A program made the translations under genes and the position numbers. DNA of 64,000 nt from Octopus vulgaris. Lineage: Eukaryota. The stretch is taken from contig OX597839.1 of NCBI GenBank assembly GCA_951406725.2, forward strand, positions 36,270,001 to 36,334,000, given 5' to 3'. Shown here one piece after another: positions 15,333 through 27,800 of the stretch; within the stretch, counting starts at the first letter, position 1; each line of letters starts with the position of its first letter. The notes under the pieces are model-generated. The model saw only the letters and a list, made by a program, of their open reading frames with translations. It was not told where the DNA came from and searched no databases.

Positions 15333-16151
15333 CTGCATTTCCAGAAACTTTTAAAACTTGGCACTGGACCTGGGATGTCAGGCTATTTAATGAGTTGATG
15401 TAATGGACGGGTGGGGTGGTATGTGTGGGTTTTTTCCCCCCCCCCCCACTACCATTGGTAATCTGGGGCAACTGAGAGCAAACTTAAAGGAGAGAGGGAG
15501 GAGGGAGGGAAGTGATTAGTGGTAAACAACTGTGCGGGGGGTGGGGGGTATATATGTGGTGGCGTTGGTGGTGGTGTTGGTGTTGGGGGTGGCGTCTCAA
15601 CAGGGAATGTAAATAATAAACTTGTAATGAAAGAATTGGTTTTAAAAAAAAGTAATAATGTTGAAGGAAGAAGACTTTGTTGTTGAATGAAATTTATAGA
15701 ATTCAGAAATCAATTAGAGAAAAGTAAACTGGAAATATTAAGTGGAACATGATTTTGGGCGCCAGACGACATTTTGTTGTTCCCTTCAATATATTGTTTG
15801 TGTGGTCACAAGACAGGCACAACGTTCTCCCCCTGTGAGTTTCGTTCAAGCTCAAGATTTAAAACCCTGTAATCACAGTGGTTGTTGTTTAGCCACAGGT
15901 TAGTTGTGATGTAGCAGTCTATGATCAAACACGATCCATCTATGACCAAGGTATTCATCAGCAACTTTATCCATTTGTCTGTCATTGTTTGTCCTCTCTG
16001 TGTTTAGCCCCTTGTGGGTAGTAAAGAAATAGGTATTCGTCAGCAATTTACATGAGCCAATGTGTGTCTCTTTTTGAAGATGTTAGGGTGTAGCAAGATG
16101 TGGGAGATCATGCTGCTATCTCTGCCCAGTTGGACTTTGACTGGATTGACT

Positions 16152-16582
16152 TTAACCCTTTCGTTACCGTATTTATTTTGAGATATTCTGTGTTTCCTTC
16201 AATTATGTTAGAATTTAGTAAAATATCTTTGTTGTCATTCAGCTGGTGTTAGGAACATAAACTGTGACTAAGGTTTGGTGGAAGATTTTAATTCAAAACA
16301 TATGAAAACAAGACATTTGTACTCAAAGCAAGAGCTGGTTTCAACCTGGGTTGGTACTGAAAGGGTTAACCCTTTTGATACTTGACCCACCTGAAACTGC
16401 CCCTGATTTTATGATACAAACTTCACGTCTAGATCAAAGCTTTCCATCAAAACTTAATGTTAATTTATATTTCAAACACCAATTTAGCAATGATTATCAT
16501 TTTACTACATTTTTCATTATTTTCAAAATTAATCGGAACGAAGGCAATGTATTTCAACAGAAATATGGTCACAAAAAGAATA
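16152..16582. mobile_element. two adjacent, oppositely oriented piggyBac-like MITEs (family 2) sharing TTAA at 16366-16369
   Basis: ttaaccctttcgttacc...ggtactgaaagggTTAAcccttttgatac...; TTAA plus CCC/GGG termini are the piggyBac signature. Confidence 0.75.
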
Positions 16583-16955
16583 CTTTCAATAATGTAATCC
16601 TAGATGAGCAATGCACAACCTGCAACCTGTAAAACTATATTGCAAAGACTTTCTTGTTTTAATAAATACCTGAAAATTAACATAACGAACTGCTTGTACC
16701 ACAATCACACACTGAAAACACACATATTTAATTATTAATGTTTATTATTATGATTATGTTTCCTTATATTAAGTTTCCTTCGTGTCTTTATTAACCTTTT
16801 CTTTATTACTGTTTTTGTATGTTTCTTGATCATCCAAATTATATGATATATTTTGCGGCCTGCCTTGAGTGATTGACTTCATGATCTGTTGGCCCTTTGG
16901 ACCAGAAAGGTTGTGCATTCCTGTCCTAGATGCACTTCAAAAAAGACTTGAATGT

Positions 16956-17187
16956 TTAACCCTTTAGTGTTTAAACTGGCCAAATCCGGCCCAATATATT
17001 CTACACGTTTTATAATTGAACTAGCCATATCTAGCCTCTCACACCTAACCTACAGTGACATTCTAAAAATAAATATTCACATCATTGAAACCTCAAAGCT
17101 ATAAGGTAATAATGCATGATTAATTCAAAACAATTTAAATAAATAAGCATTACATTTAACAGAGTAATCTGAACACTAAAGGGTTAA
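16956..17187 (-). mobile_element. piggyBac-like MITE (family 1)
   Basis: TTAA-ccctttagtgtt...aacactaaaggg-TTAA: 12-bp inverted termini and TTAA flanks. Confidence 0.85.
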
Positions 17188-18180
17188 GGCTGGGATGTGT
17201 TTGATTATGGGTTGGCTCAGTGAAGATTGACCCGGGGCTGAAAAGACACCACCATCCTCTGAATACCTTTCAGTTTGCTGTTATTTATTTAAAAATATTT
17301 TTGCTGTATTCTGCTGTACTATTTCTCTGCCAAAGTATAATTACTAGCATAATGAATAATATAATTAAGGCTGGTAAATTAATATTGGATTTCCAGAAGT
17401 AACTGAAATCTATGTCAGTCGAGAGTGTGACCCTCAATTCAACTCTGTACTTATTTATTCATAACCCACACTGTATTGGCAGTCAGGCCGTTAACTTGCT
17501 GATAACGATGTGTCCCTCAACACAATGTTTGCCTATTACTGTTGTTGACGTTGTTGTTTATTATGTTTGTTCTCACTGGTTGAGACTTGTTGGTGTTAGG
17601 CTGCTCTTGCAGACCTTAATGTTGTTAGGGTGCTGTGTTACAGGCCGTTGTGTTATTGTTTTAATTTCAAATGACACTGAGCTTGATTTCCTTTTTTGTC
17701 CTGAGATTGATAATATCAGCCAGTGACACTCAAATACTAGCCATATCCTCTCAAAAATCTTTACCCATGTTAGAAACTATTATAGGTTAAAATATTTCCG
17801 CACGCACGCACACATACACTGATGATGATGATGATGATCATCATCATCATCAAGTAATATCCATTTCCCAGGTAGGCATGGGCTGGGCAGTTCAACAAGA
17901 GCTGGTGAACCGGAGGACTGCATCAAGCCCCCATGTCTGCTTTGGCATGATTTTTATGGCTGGTTGCCCTTACTGCATGCATTTTATGTGGCACGAGTGA
18001 GGTTACCAGGTAACTTGCAAGACAAGACCTCTCAGTTAACATTAATTTCAACAACAACAACAACATCATCGTCATTTAATGCTCATGTTCCAAGCTTGCT
18101 AACCAATGTCAAAATGGATGTTAATTGATGATGTTGAAATTGTATTAACTTCAATCATAAAAGTTCCTATACCAACATCT

Positions 18181-18410
18181 TTAACCCTTTAGTGTTCGCA
18201 TTATTCTGCCAAAATTAATCCTTTTTTTATCCACATTACCTCGAACTAATCAGGTATTATCTTGGAGCTATGAGATTTTGATGAGGTAGCTGTTAATTTT
18301 TAAAACGATATTGTAGGGCTGGTGCGAGAGACCAGATCTGGCCAGTTTGACCATAGAACATGTAGAATACTTTTGGCCGGATACGGTCGGTTTAAATGCT
18401 AAAGGGTTAA
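18181..18410 (+). mobile_element. piggyBac-like MITE (family 1)
   Basis: TTAA-ccctttag...ctaaaggg-TTAA; very similar to 31743-31971. Confidence 0.85.
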
Positions 18411-19072
18411 CTTTGAGTGAAGTTTTTGTCAAACTCTTCTTGGCTTCCTCTCTTTCTCTTTTACCACAAAATTTGGAAGAAACGATGTTTTGATTAAAGG
18501 CTGTATGGCATTCAGTTGCACACTCTATCAGCAAGTGCATGGTGTGTGGCAATACACACACAACAAACAGGTCACTAGACTAAGCTGAGTGTGAGAAATG
18601 TTTAGTCTCTTTCCTAAGTTGAGGTTTCGTTTTTTTTAATTTTTTTTTTAGAACTTCTTGCTTATTTCTCATCTGCTTATAAATGTTAAAACAAGAAGTC
18701 ATTGTGGGAAGGGTTCTCTGCTCAACCACACTGACCTCTGACCTTATAACTACAGCCTCTTATCAATTACATTATCTACTTCCCTGATATATATCTCTGG
18801 AACCATTGAACTGGAACCATACACCCAGATGTGGTGGTTAGTGAAATAGAAACCATTAAGCTATTATCAGTTGGTATAGTAATGTGGTTTCCCTAGCAAC
18901 TAGGCCAACTGTCACTCCTTCATGATCTACCTCTCTGTCTGCCTGCCTGTCTGTCTGTGTCTCACCTTTGTCTTTCTGTTAATACTAATAGATTTAGTAA
19001 GTACCATTGTGTCTTGTATTAAATAGCTTTCTAAACATATGGAGAATCATTACATGGTGTAAAGTCCTAGAT

Positions 19073-19197
19073 ATAAAACTATGATCTGTCTTAGCTACAA
19101 AATCCTGAATAAAACTATGATCTATCTTAGCTACAAAATCCTGAATAAAACTATGATCTATCTTAGCTACAAAATCCTGAATAAAACTATGATCTGT
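19073..19197. repeat. 36-bp minisatellite, about 3.5 copies (ataaaactatgatctatcttagctacaaaatcctga)
   Basis: Direct reading; gives the 12-aa repeat in the ORF track. Confidence 0.9.
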
Positions 19198-19596
19198 CGT
19201 GTTTTAAATAAAACCAAAATAAGATCAGTCTTAGCCATCTTCGTATTTAATTCTCTGATTTGCTGACAGGGTCAGGTATTAATTTCCTATGATAATTAAA
19301 AATATTTTCATCTTCCCTGTTATGGTGTCATTAGGAATATTTTTGACCTGTAGACTAACGGTGACTTTCCAACAGTGACCATTCCATCCTTTTTTTTTTT
19401 GTTCTTTGGCTTTTTTTTTTATTGGTAAGAAAGGCAAAAAAAAGTTTGGTCGTTTATTGCTAGCAAATGAGCTGGTCACATTGGAGGTTCTCGTTGTTGG
19501 CTTAGTAAAAGATATATTTGTTTTTTTTGTGATGTACAAACACACTGGATCACTATTGATGGCTTCTGTTCACACACACACACATGCGCACACACG

Positions 19597-19635
<39 letters not shown>

Positions 19636-19778
19636 CCCCTCTCTCACTCACTGACCCCCCACCCCTATACCATATCTGCAGCTAAGGGATGATTGAATGA
19701 AAAAAAATTAGAAAGAGGTGGGGGGGGATAAACATTGATCTCTGGAAAGAATACGAAATATTGTTTGTTATTGTTAAT

Positions 19779-19827
<49 letters not shown>

Positions 19828-20078
19828 AATGATAATTGGGTGTCTGTGTATAAAATATGTTGCCATATTGATTTCACTAAGCTCAAGGACAACGTTTGCA
19901 AGTGGGAGGGGTGACTGTATGTGTGTAGACGGGCGGGGTGGGGGGTATTAGTGGAATAAACTTTTATCAAGTCAACATAAATTGAACTTGGAACCGAGAC
20001 AGTGACAACAACTATAGATACCAAATAATATAGTCCAGTTCTGTAGTTTTTGGCTATCTCTTCTCATATTTGTGTAAT

Positions 20079-20116
<38 letters not shown>

Positions 20117-21027
20117 CTCTCTCTCTCCCCCTCTTCACCCCCTCTCTCTGAATGTTGAATTGTAATAAATATACCAAGTGTGACAGCAGGAACCTAGTTC
20201 TCACAATAACGACTCATCTATATACACCCAGTTGATCTGGTTTCAAGCTACACAAAATATCTATAATTTTCTCTTGTTGAAAGTGGTTTTATTGTTTTTT
20301 TTTGTGGTTTTTTTTTGTTTTTTTTTGTTTTTGTTTTTTTTACTGACCTGACTTTACTTTGCATATGTCACAGTGTGTGTGTGTGTGTGTAGCTTTTGAT
20401 GGTGTATATCCTTGAAGGCTATAATTAATGATAATTTATTCATGAGGTACACACAGAACTGAGGGACTCCAAACAATAGCTGTATTTATTTATTCTCGAT
20501 ATCTTCTAGCAGATTTGAACATGAATACTTGATGACTGTTGCTTTTTGTCATTGGAGAACGTCTCTTCGCTTTAGACGATGTGTATTCATAACGCATGCA
20601 ACCCACTGGTATAAGGGGATCTTTGAGAACCCATGTTTCAACTTTGTGTGTCTCCACCTCATGAATTATTATTTGTTTAGCAGTCATCACTATACACGTA
20701 GCTGACTCACTGGGAACCGCTACTCGAGAGGAGAGTGTGTGTGTGATACTTAAGGCGAGAGGATTGTTTCTAAGTTTATTTTTCTTACATTGAGAAATCA
20801 TTATCCCTTAGTCATGGATAGTAGCATTTCACCCTTGTTCTTGGCTCTTCTGCATGACATAACTCATGATTTGGAAATCTAAAGATATCACTATTCATCA
20901 GCAAATAATTGTTTGTTGGTTTCTACAAACAAGAGCCTATGCTCTTGTTACATACATCAGTAGAGCTACTTTAATGGTTATTTGACCATGTAGGAGACTA
21001 TTTCATTGGCTCAGCCCTGAGGTTGTC

Positions 21028-21655
21028 TATCATCATCATCATCATCGGTCTGTTTTCCATGCTGGCATGGGTTTGGCGGTTTGACCATGGCTCGCAAGCT
21101 TGGGGTAGGGGGCCGCACCAGACTCCAGTCTGTTTTGGTTTAGTTTCTATGGTTGGATGCCCTTCCTAACACCAACCACTCTCAGAGTGTAATGGGTGTT
21201 TTTCTGTCCCACTGGCACATTTGTGTGACAGTGGCATCTGTCACGGCTGTGGTTTTACTTGGCTTGGTGGGTCTTCTGAAGCACGGCATAATGCCAAATG
21301 GACTTGGCCATTGCCTCTGTGAAGCCCAATGCTCAAAGCCCAGCCTCTGTGAGGCCCAAAGTTCAGAGACCATGCTTCACCACCTCATTCCATGTCTTCC
21401 TGGGTCTAACTCTACCACAGCTTCCCTCCACAGTCAGGGATCGGCACTTCTTTACACAGCTGTCCTTGTTCATACACATCACATGACCGTACCAGTGCAT
21501 TCATCTCTCTTGCACACCACATCTGATACCACTAATGCATGTCCTCAGCTGTCACAGCCCATGTTTCACTGCCATGTAGCATAGGCTGTTCACACATAGG
21601 CATCATACAATCTGCCTTTCACTCTGAGAGAGAAGCCTTTTGTTGCCAGCAGGGG
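21028..21655 (-). mobile_element. RTE-clade LINE 3' fragment with decayed ORF C-terminus
   Basis: Minus strand reads (with frameshifts) LLATKGFSLRVKGRLYDA..MLHGSETWAVT..WYGHVM..VEGSCGRVRPRKTWNEVV, typical of RTE ORF ends; ends in an (ATG)n tail. Confidence 0.85.
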
Positions 21656-22528
21656 ATTTTCAAACTGAATTTCTTTACATTCTGGGTGCAAATCTTGTTA
21701 AGTTTTTCTTTGAATCTCTGCCTCTAGTTTTAGGTTGGTTAACTTTTTGGAAATGCATTTACATTTGATTCTTTAAATTTCTGAGTTTTATTCCTGTCAT
21801 GAGGAATCTTCATTTTCTCTTAAAGAGTTTAAAAATCAAGTTGATGACCTTCAAAGTGTTGATAGTTGGAGTAAGTAAAATTATTGATACTGAGATCAAC
21901 AATAGTTTGGGTGAAGGCAGTTTGTTTTTTCTTCCTCTAATATCATCAAAAGAAGCTGCAGGGAATTTACTAGTTTATTAGTTGATAATTAGTTAATTAC
22001 ATAATTATTCACAAATTGTGTTTCATCCAAACATGTTAAATAAACAATTCTATGCATGTGTTTCTTTCAAGCAGTTCTTTCCTGTATTTCATATTTGTAT
22101 TTGGTTTGCAAGATCCTTGATGTGAATGTGTGTGTTGAAGCATTTTGTTGTATCTTGGGAGGGTCATTATACCAATAATAAACACACGCACAGATTCTGT
22201 TTCACTTCTTTATTTGTCAATTGGGTAACCTTTTAACCAAATAAACTAACCAGTTGCTTAAGTAGTCATTTGGTCATTCAATCAGTTTTGTCAGACTCCT
22301 TCCATCACCTTTCTTGACCTCATCAATAACATTCCTTCTCTACAGTTTTGTCTATTTCAGCTGTCTGTACAATGAAGCTGATGTCAATTGTAAATTTTTT
22401 TTATTAAATCTCATAAATTTTCGACACTTTCTATTATCTATGTCCAGGTTTCTGCAGAATAAAACCTTGTTCTAATCTCAAATTGTTATTCTGCTATAAT
22501 AATTGTTATTTTCTTTTTGTCTTTCCAG

Positions 22529-22693
22529 TAGCTTGGATGAGGAGGACACCTACAGGGAATATTACTATAGTGGCAGCAGTAGCAGCAGGGAAACAAATCA
22601 GTTTGAGAACAGATACCCTTATGATGAGCAAGTGCAGCATCAGTCGAGGTCTTACCAACGGAACAGAACCACATTTACCAAGCAATATGAGCG
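22529..22693 (+). CDS. spen: spen exon A ([12 protein letters not shown]...KQYER), phase 2-2
   Basis: Polypyrimidine tract ending ttccag, donor cg|gtgagt, open frame, phase fits exon B. Confidence 0.75.
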
Positions 22694-23010
22694 GTGAGTT
22701 GGTAATTCTGTCGAGAATTGAGTTCACATGAATTTTATAGTCAAAAATCATCTCTGGAAATCCTCATTGCAGATTTCATTTAATGCCTGTTTTTCCCGTG
22801 CTTGCATGGGTCAAATGGAGCTTATTGAGGCAGATCTTCCATGATCAAATGCCCTTCTTCTTGTCAGTCCTTCCCTATTTCCAAGCAATGTTAAATTTTC
22901 CCATGGCCAGACATGTTTTTCCTGGTAGACTGGGAACTAATACTGTTGCTTCTGTGACAGTGATGCTCATTTACGACCATCACATGATATCTCGACAAGG
23001 GCACACACAT

Positions 23011-23051
<41 letters not shown>

Positions 23052-23673
23052 GGCTTCTTTCAGACTTCATCTCCCAAGTCCACTTACAAGCCTTTGGTCA
23101 GCCTGGGGCCATAGTAGAAGACACTTGGCTAAAGTGCCACACAACAGTAGGACTGAACCGGCAACCATGCAGTTGAGAAACAAATTTTTTTAACGACAAC
23201 CATAAAATCATAAAACCAGTTTAGAAAAAGTTTGACTCTGCTAAATGCATTGGATACCACAAAGTACATTTAAGAATTTTCATCTTAGTAAAAACCTTGT
23301 TTGGACTAAATTCCACTGCAATTCACTGTACAGAAGGAGGGGGGTTGTTCCTTGTAAGGTCTCCTTTCTACTTACAGATGCCAGTATTTTCTGTATACCA
23401 TTTGTCGTAATATTACAAATCTAGAGCTTCTTTACTGTTATTTATCACGAAATTCTTGGTGTAGGGTTCTGGAGAACATCAGCCAGACCCCTTCCACCCC
23501 CTCCCCCATTTTGTCTGGTTTGCAGTTGACATATAATAAATTTAGGTCACATTTGTATAGAACTTGACCTACTTATTACTAACTGATCTTTTCACATTGC
23601 TCAGTTGACACGTCAGTCTTTCAGCACATCAGCACGTTTCTTAATTCCTTATGGGTCATTTCATTGTTTGTCC

Positions 23674-23734
<61 letters not shown>

Positions 23735-24798
23735 TCCCCATAGCAAGAACTCTCTTCACTCTCAGAAAAGTTATAACCACTGTTACTCTCCCTCAACTCT
23801 ATTTCATTCCTATCATACTATTTGTTCCTATATATCATCATCAGCAGCAGCACCAAGTGGAGGCGCAATGGCCCAAGCGAACTTGCGGTCGGAGGATCGC
23901 GGTTTCAATTCCCAGACCGGGCATTGTGTGTGTTTATTGAGCAAAAGCACCTAAAGCTTCACGAGGGTCCGGCCCAACTTTCTCTCACTCTTTCTTCCTG
24001 TTTCTTGTCCCCGACTTCCTACGCAACCGCTGAGCCTGGATGCGCATTCATCCATCCGTCGATGCTCTCGGTGTCGGGGGTTGACCTGCTTTCTCTTCTG
24101 CGGGTCTTACGAATAAGCAAAGGACCACGTTTCGGACTTCGATCAACATCAACATCAGCATCCTCCAACATCTGTTTTCCATGCTGGCATGGGTTGAATG
24201 ACTTGACAGGAGCTGGTAAGGCTGGGGACCCTATGAGCTTCCATCAGATGTTCTGGCATGGTTTCTATGGCTGGGTACCCTTCCTAATGCCAACCACTTT
24301 ACAGAGTGTGCTGGGTGCTTTTTACATGGCACCAGTATCAATTCTGCTGTAGTGGACAGGCGCAAAATATCTTCACACTTTGTTATCTCCTTTATAAAGC
24401 ACAGTATCATAATATCTGCTTTTATTAGTTTCTGTTGTTTGAGACAAAGCCATGTTATGCATAACTTAGAGTTTAGCCTGTTAAAACTACCAGTATACTT
24501 ATTTTCTAGTTTATCATTCTGCTTTTCTTCTTTAAGTTACAAAGACACCTGTTGTGAAATGGTGTAAACATAAAGGCAACACAACAGGGGGGGACAGACA
24601 TAAAAATGACTCCCCACCACACACACACACATACAACAAGCTGCTTGCTTAGTTTCTGTCTGCTCAATTCTCTCACGAATCATTGCTTGGCCTAGGCCTA
24701 TTGCAGAAGAAACTTGCCCAAGGTGCTGTGAAGTGAGACTGAACCTGAAAGTGTATGGTTGCAAAGCAAGCTTCTTACTTATCCATACTGACACCCTC

Positions 24799-24848
<50 letters not shown>

Positions 24849-27800
24849 CCTTAACACCATTCAGTTCTATATGTGTCATGTGAATGAATCCCAGGTAAGG
24901 AGTATAACAAACTCCAATTACTCTATAAAAGGAATGTGAAAAATATAATTGGTTCTGCGAAAATCTCTAAATTGTTTGTTTGAAGCTCCCTCATTCCCTA
25001 CATTGCACTTCTCAACTTTGGTTCAAATTCATGGTACCTTAACTTTTTTGAAGCCACAAGTATACTTTCATGTGTGATTTCACTTTGAAGCGTGATTTCC
25101 TGGAAAGCATAAAAGTGGGTCACTGCATGGGTGTGCATTTTACAACAGGAAACCACATTTCCATAATTTAATGAGCCATGCAACATTTAACCATTTAGAT
25201 GCTCGCTTTTGTGTTTTCCACGGGTAGATCAAGTGAAATCTCACACCCACTAGACTGTACTCGCAGGTTGCACTTTCCTTTTATTTCCATTTCTTTCTTT
25301 GTACTAGTTTTATTTCATGATAAAAATCTCTACCACCAATCCTTTATACAACTTTGAAAATACCATTTTACACTCCTGCTTTATACACTTGCCTTTTCCA
25401 AGCAATCCCTTACTCTCCTCCTCAATTTGCCTCTCCTTTTTCTATGTATACTACAGTTTATATCTTTATACTCTTCCCTCTTTTGCGTATAACTTCCTCT
25501 TCTATTCTTGTGGGTCCCTTCTTATTCAAATGTGTTTTATGTTCTGTATTTTGTGAACACGTGTTCACTAAAGCTTTCCTATATGCTTCAGAAGTTGGCT
25601 GTCCAACCATGTGGTTTCAGATTCAGTCCCACTCTGTAATACCTATTTCTTTATTACCCACAAGGGGCTAAACATAGAGGGGACAAACAAGGACAGATAT
25701 AGGTATTAAGTCGATTACATCGACCCCAGTGCGTAACTGGTACTTAATTTATTGACCCCGAAAGGATGAAAGGCAAAGTCGACCTCTGTGGAATTTGAAC
25801 TCAGAACGTAGTGACAGACGAAATACAGCTACGCATTTCGCCTGGCGTGCTAACGTTTCTGCCAGCTCGCCGCCTTTGCCAGTAGACAAGTGTCTTCCAT
25901 TATTAGATGTGGTAGACAAAAATTACAAGAACACTTTTGCATGCATCTTCATCTGTCTTGACATTATGTGATAGTTACAAGTGTTGCAACCAGTTAAGCA
26001 GAGTCGTTCAATTCCAAATATTTCGTGTAAACATATTCCAGCCATAGAGAAACATCACCTTGCTGGGAAACAGATTTTCTACAGCCAGATGCTCTTCTTG
26101 TCACCTACTCTCACCTGCCTCAAAGGATTCTGTCTCACCTAGGAAAGCGTGGAAACGAGGACATTATGATGATGATGATGAGTGTTGTTGGTTCTTAGGT
26201 TCCACTTGTTTTACTACATTTCTAATGGCACATGCGACAAACCTATGTGTGTACATCTCCGGCACAACAAATACCACAAAGTATGTTTAATGTACTGATT
26301 TTATATATATATATCACGTGACCAACCAGGCTATCAGATGTTGCTACACATCGCTGGTCACAATGCGCTTCGCATTGTTTTAGCCTTCAAATGGTGCCGC
26401 CCCGCTGGCTAAGCGAGCAGACCAACAGAAGAAAGAGTGAGAGAAAGTTGTGGCAAAAGAGTACAGCAATGATCGCCACCACTCCCCTGCCGGAGCCTCG
26501 TAGAGGGCCATTGCGCCTCCACACATATATATCAGTGATAGATACTCCCAAATGTGAAAGGTATCCATGTGTACAATGTTCATCTATCAAATATCTCATG
26601 GATTCATTGGTTGAACTTAAAGTTCTAGCAGAAGGGCTGCTCTGTTGGTTTGAATCTCAAACCACACAGTTTCAAAGTGAACTTCATCACCAGAGCTTTG
26701 TTAGCTTCTAGTGCTGAACATAGAGAGGAGCAGCACCAAGATGGGTTGCCTCAGACTCAGCTATGTAGATGAGGATTTCTGATTGGTGGACTGACACAAT
26801 CATTACAGCATTGAACAGAATGCTGGCTCTTTATGTTCTGAGTTCAAATTCTACTGAGGTCAGCTGTCTTTTGTACCTTTAGAGTATGATAAAAACCACA
26901 CATGAAGCAATCCTTTTTTGCCCACTTCCCTTACTCGTTTTCCTAACCTCTTTCTCCTTCTGTGATATGACTCCATATTATAATTCTATCTTGTGTATTC
27001 CCTCTTGTCCTTCATTACCCTTCTGACCTTGTGTATTCCCTCTCGTCCTTCATTACCCTTCTGACCTTGTGTATTCCCTCTCGTCCTTCATTACCCTTCT
27101 GACCTTGTGTATTCCCTCTCGTCCTTCATTACCCTTCTGACCTTGTGTATTCCCTCTCGTCCTTCATTACCCTTCTGACCTTTCGTTTTACCTTTTTCCT
27201 GTTGCTATAATAATTGTCTCTGTTTCTGTATTCCAGGGCAGCTCAACGACCAAAATCTGTCGGTGCCAATGTGTCTGGTGCCACCGCCGCCACAGGTGCA
27301 GCAGCTAGTGTTATCAGTGGTACAGGGAGTGGTACCGCAGCAGCAGTTAGTGGAGGCAGCACGAGTGCTGGTGGTGTTAGCAGTGGTACTGGTGTCAACC
27401 AAAGCAGTGCAGTGCCTGTAAGTGGAGGAGGCAGCAGTACAGTAGCTACGGCAGCCAGTGGTATCACAAGCAGTTTGCAGAAGCATTCCTTTGATGAACG
27501 CTATCACGAGCAGTATGCCAGCGATCGAGAAAGTTTTGATCGGCCACGGGTCCCAACACTGTCACCGACATGTTCAAATTCCCAAGCAAGCAGTCGGCAT
27601 AGTAGCAGACGTAAGGGTTCTGTATCAGTTTCTCGTTCCTCCAGTCGAAGTCGATCGCGCTCTAGTTCCAGTAGTGGTTACAGTCAGTCCTCGTCGGGAA
27701 GCAGTCGGTCCAGATCACATTCCAGAAGGTCATTATCAAGACATTTTCTAGAATTCTCTCCTTTCCTCTTCTTCTTTTCAATCAGGACTCTCCATCAGCC

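Noticed and set aside
26991-27180. CRISPR-like appearance of the 31-44-bp repeat arrays (also 19073, 41095, 44513)
   Set aside because: No unique spacers, no cas genes and a eukaryotic intron context; these are minisatellites.
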